From NCBI GenBank assembly GCA_963789955.1, contig CAWBMV010000022.1, positions 1 to 64,000 of the forward strand: a stretch of 64,000 nucleotides of DNA, given 5' to 3'. The DNA comes from an uncultured Candidatus Rokubacteria bacterium. Lineage in GTDB: Bacteria > Methylomirabilota > Methylomirabilia > Rokubacteriales > CSP1-6. How positions within the stretch are numbered: the stretch's first letter is position 1; each line of letters opens with the position of its first letter. The notes beneath the pieces were generated by a model. That model searched no databases, was not told the origin of the DNA, and worked only from the letters and a program-made list of their open reading frames with translations. Positions 63,269-64,000 of this stretch are shown here, one piece after another. The position numbers and the translations under genes are program-made.

Positions 63269-64000
63269 TCCATCCCCTCGTGTGCTCGGCCGTTTCCGAT
63301 CGATCGTCGTCTCCGACGCCAGTACTCGTCTCAGTCCTCGAACGGCGAGCGGCACCGCCACGCCGCCGGCCACCAGCAGCCAGTCAGATCCGGACAGAAT
63401 CGTGGTGCCCAGGACTCGACGCAGCGGTGAGGCGGTCATCGCCGCGAGGTGAACCGCCAGGGTGCCGCCGACCGCGGTTTCCAGAGCCGGGAAGCCGTCG
63501 CGTCGCGAGAACCCCGACCGATAGTTGAGCGCGTGCACGAGCTGCGCCGCGGTCAGGGTGCAGAACGCGATCGTCGTGGCCTGCGGGCCGACGCCGTAGC
63601 GCGCGACGGCCAGACCGTGCACGCCGAGCGTGGCCGCCGAGAGGATCGCCGCGTCACCGCCGATCTCGACGAGACTCGCGCGGGTCAGGATGGGCTCGCG
63701 CGGGTCGAGCGGCGGGCGGTTCATGACGTCGGGCTCGGGCGGCTCCATCGCGAGGGCCAGGGCCGGGAAGACATCGGACAGGAGATTGATCCACAGATAC
63801 TGAATCGCCGACATCGGCCGAGCGACGCCGAGCGCCAGGGCGCCGAGCGTCACGAGGATCTCGCTGAAGTTCGTCGACAGCAGGAACCGCAGCGCCTTGC
63901 TGATGTTCGCGCGGATCGTGCGGCCTTGCTGGACGGCCTGCACGATCGAGGCGAAGTCGTCGTCCATCAGCACGACGTCGGCGACGTCACGCGCGACGTC
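63269..64000 (-). CDS. Cation-transporting P-type ATPase, C-terminal part (5' end outside window)
   Basis: Motifs ARDVADVVLMDDDFASIV.AV..GRTI..NI.K..FLLSTN, IQYLWINL.SD.FPALALA.EP and M.RPP. Confidence 0.9.

Overview
High-GC bacterial chromosomal window, densely coding (about 55 genes). I saw no rRNA, tRNA, CRISPR array, prophage or transposase. Gene content and small-protein motifs are reminiscent of Candidatus Rokubacteria/Methylomirabilota (inference, not checked by search). About 20 genes carry apparent single-indel frameshifts, most likely assembly errors. Main blocks: a sugar-type ABC importer with four permeases; an OmpR-family two-component system with asnB and an ArnT-like glycosyltransferase, preceded by a secreted leader ORF ending in RAPP; an ECF sigma factor with a VOC-domain partner; a split NAD-linked formate dehydrogenase operon; MdtABC; SorAB sulfite dehydrogenase; a peptide ABC importer; a MoxR/DUF58 operon; and a sigma-54 activator with no sensor domain. 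Highlights: (1) two in-frame UGA codons at catalytic positions, each followed 11 nt later by a hairpin, indicating two selenoproteins that the ORF track splits (formate dehydrogenase alpha, and an orphan GrdB-like UxxC protein coupled to a CoA-transferase); (2) a candidate RAPP ribosome-arrest leader upstream of an envelope-modification locus; (3) a 121-bp MITE-like element; (4) a 22-residue-repeat amphipathic protein with basic tails.
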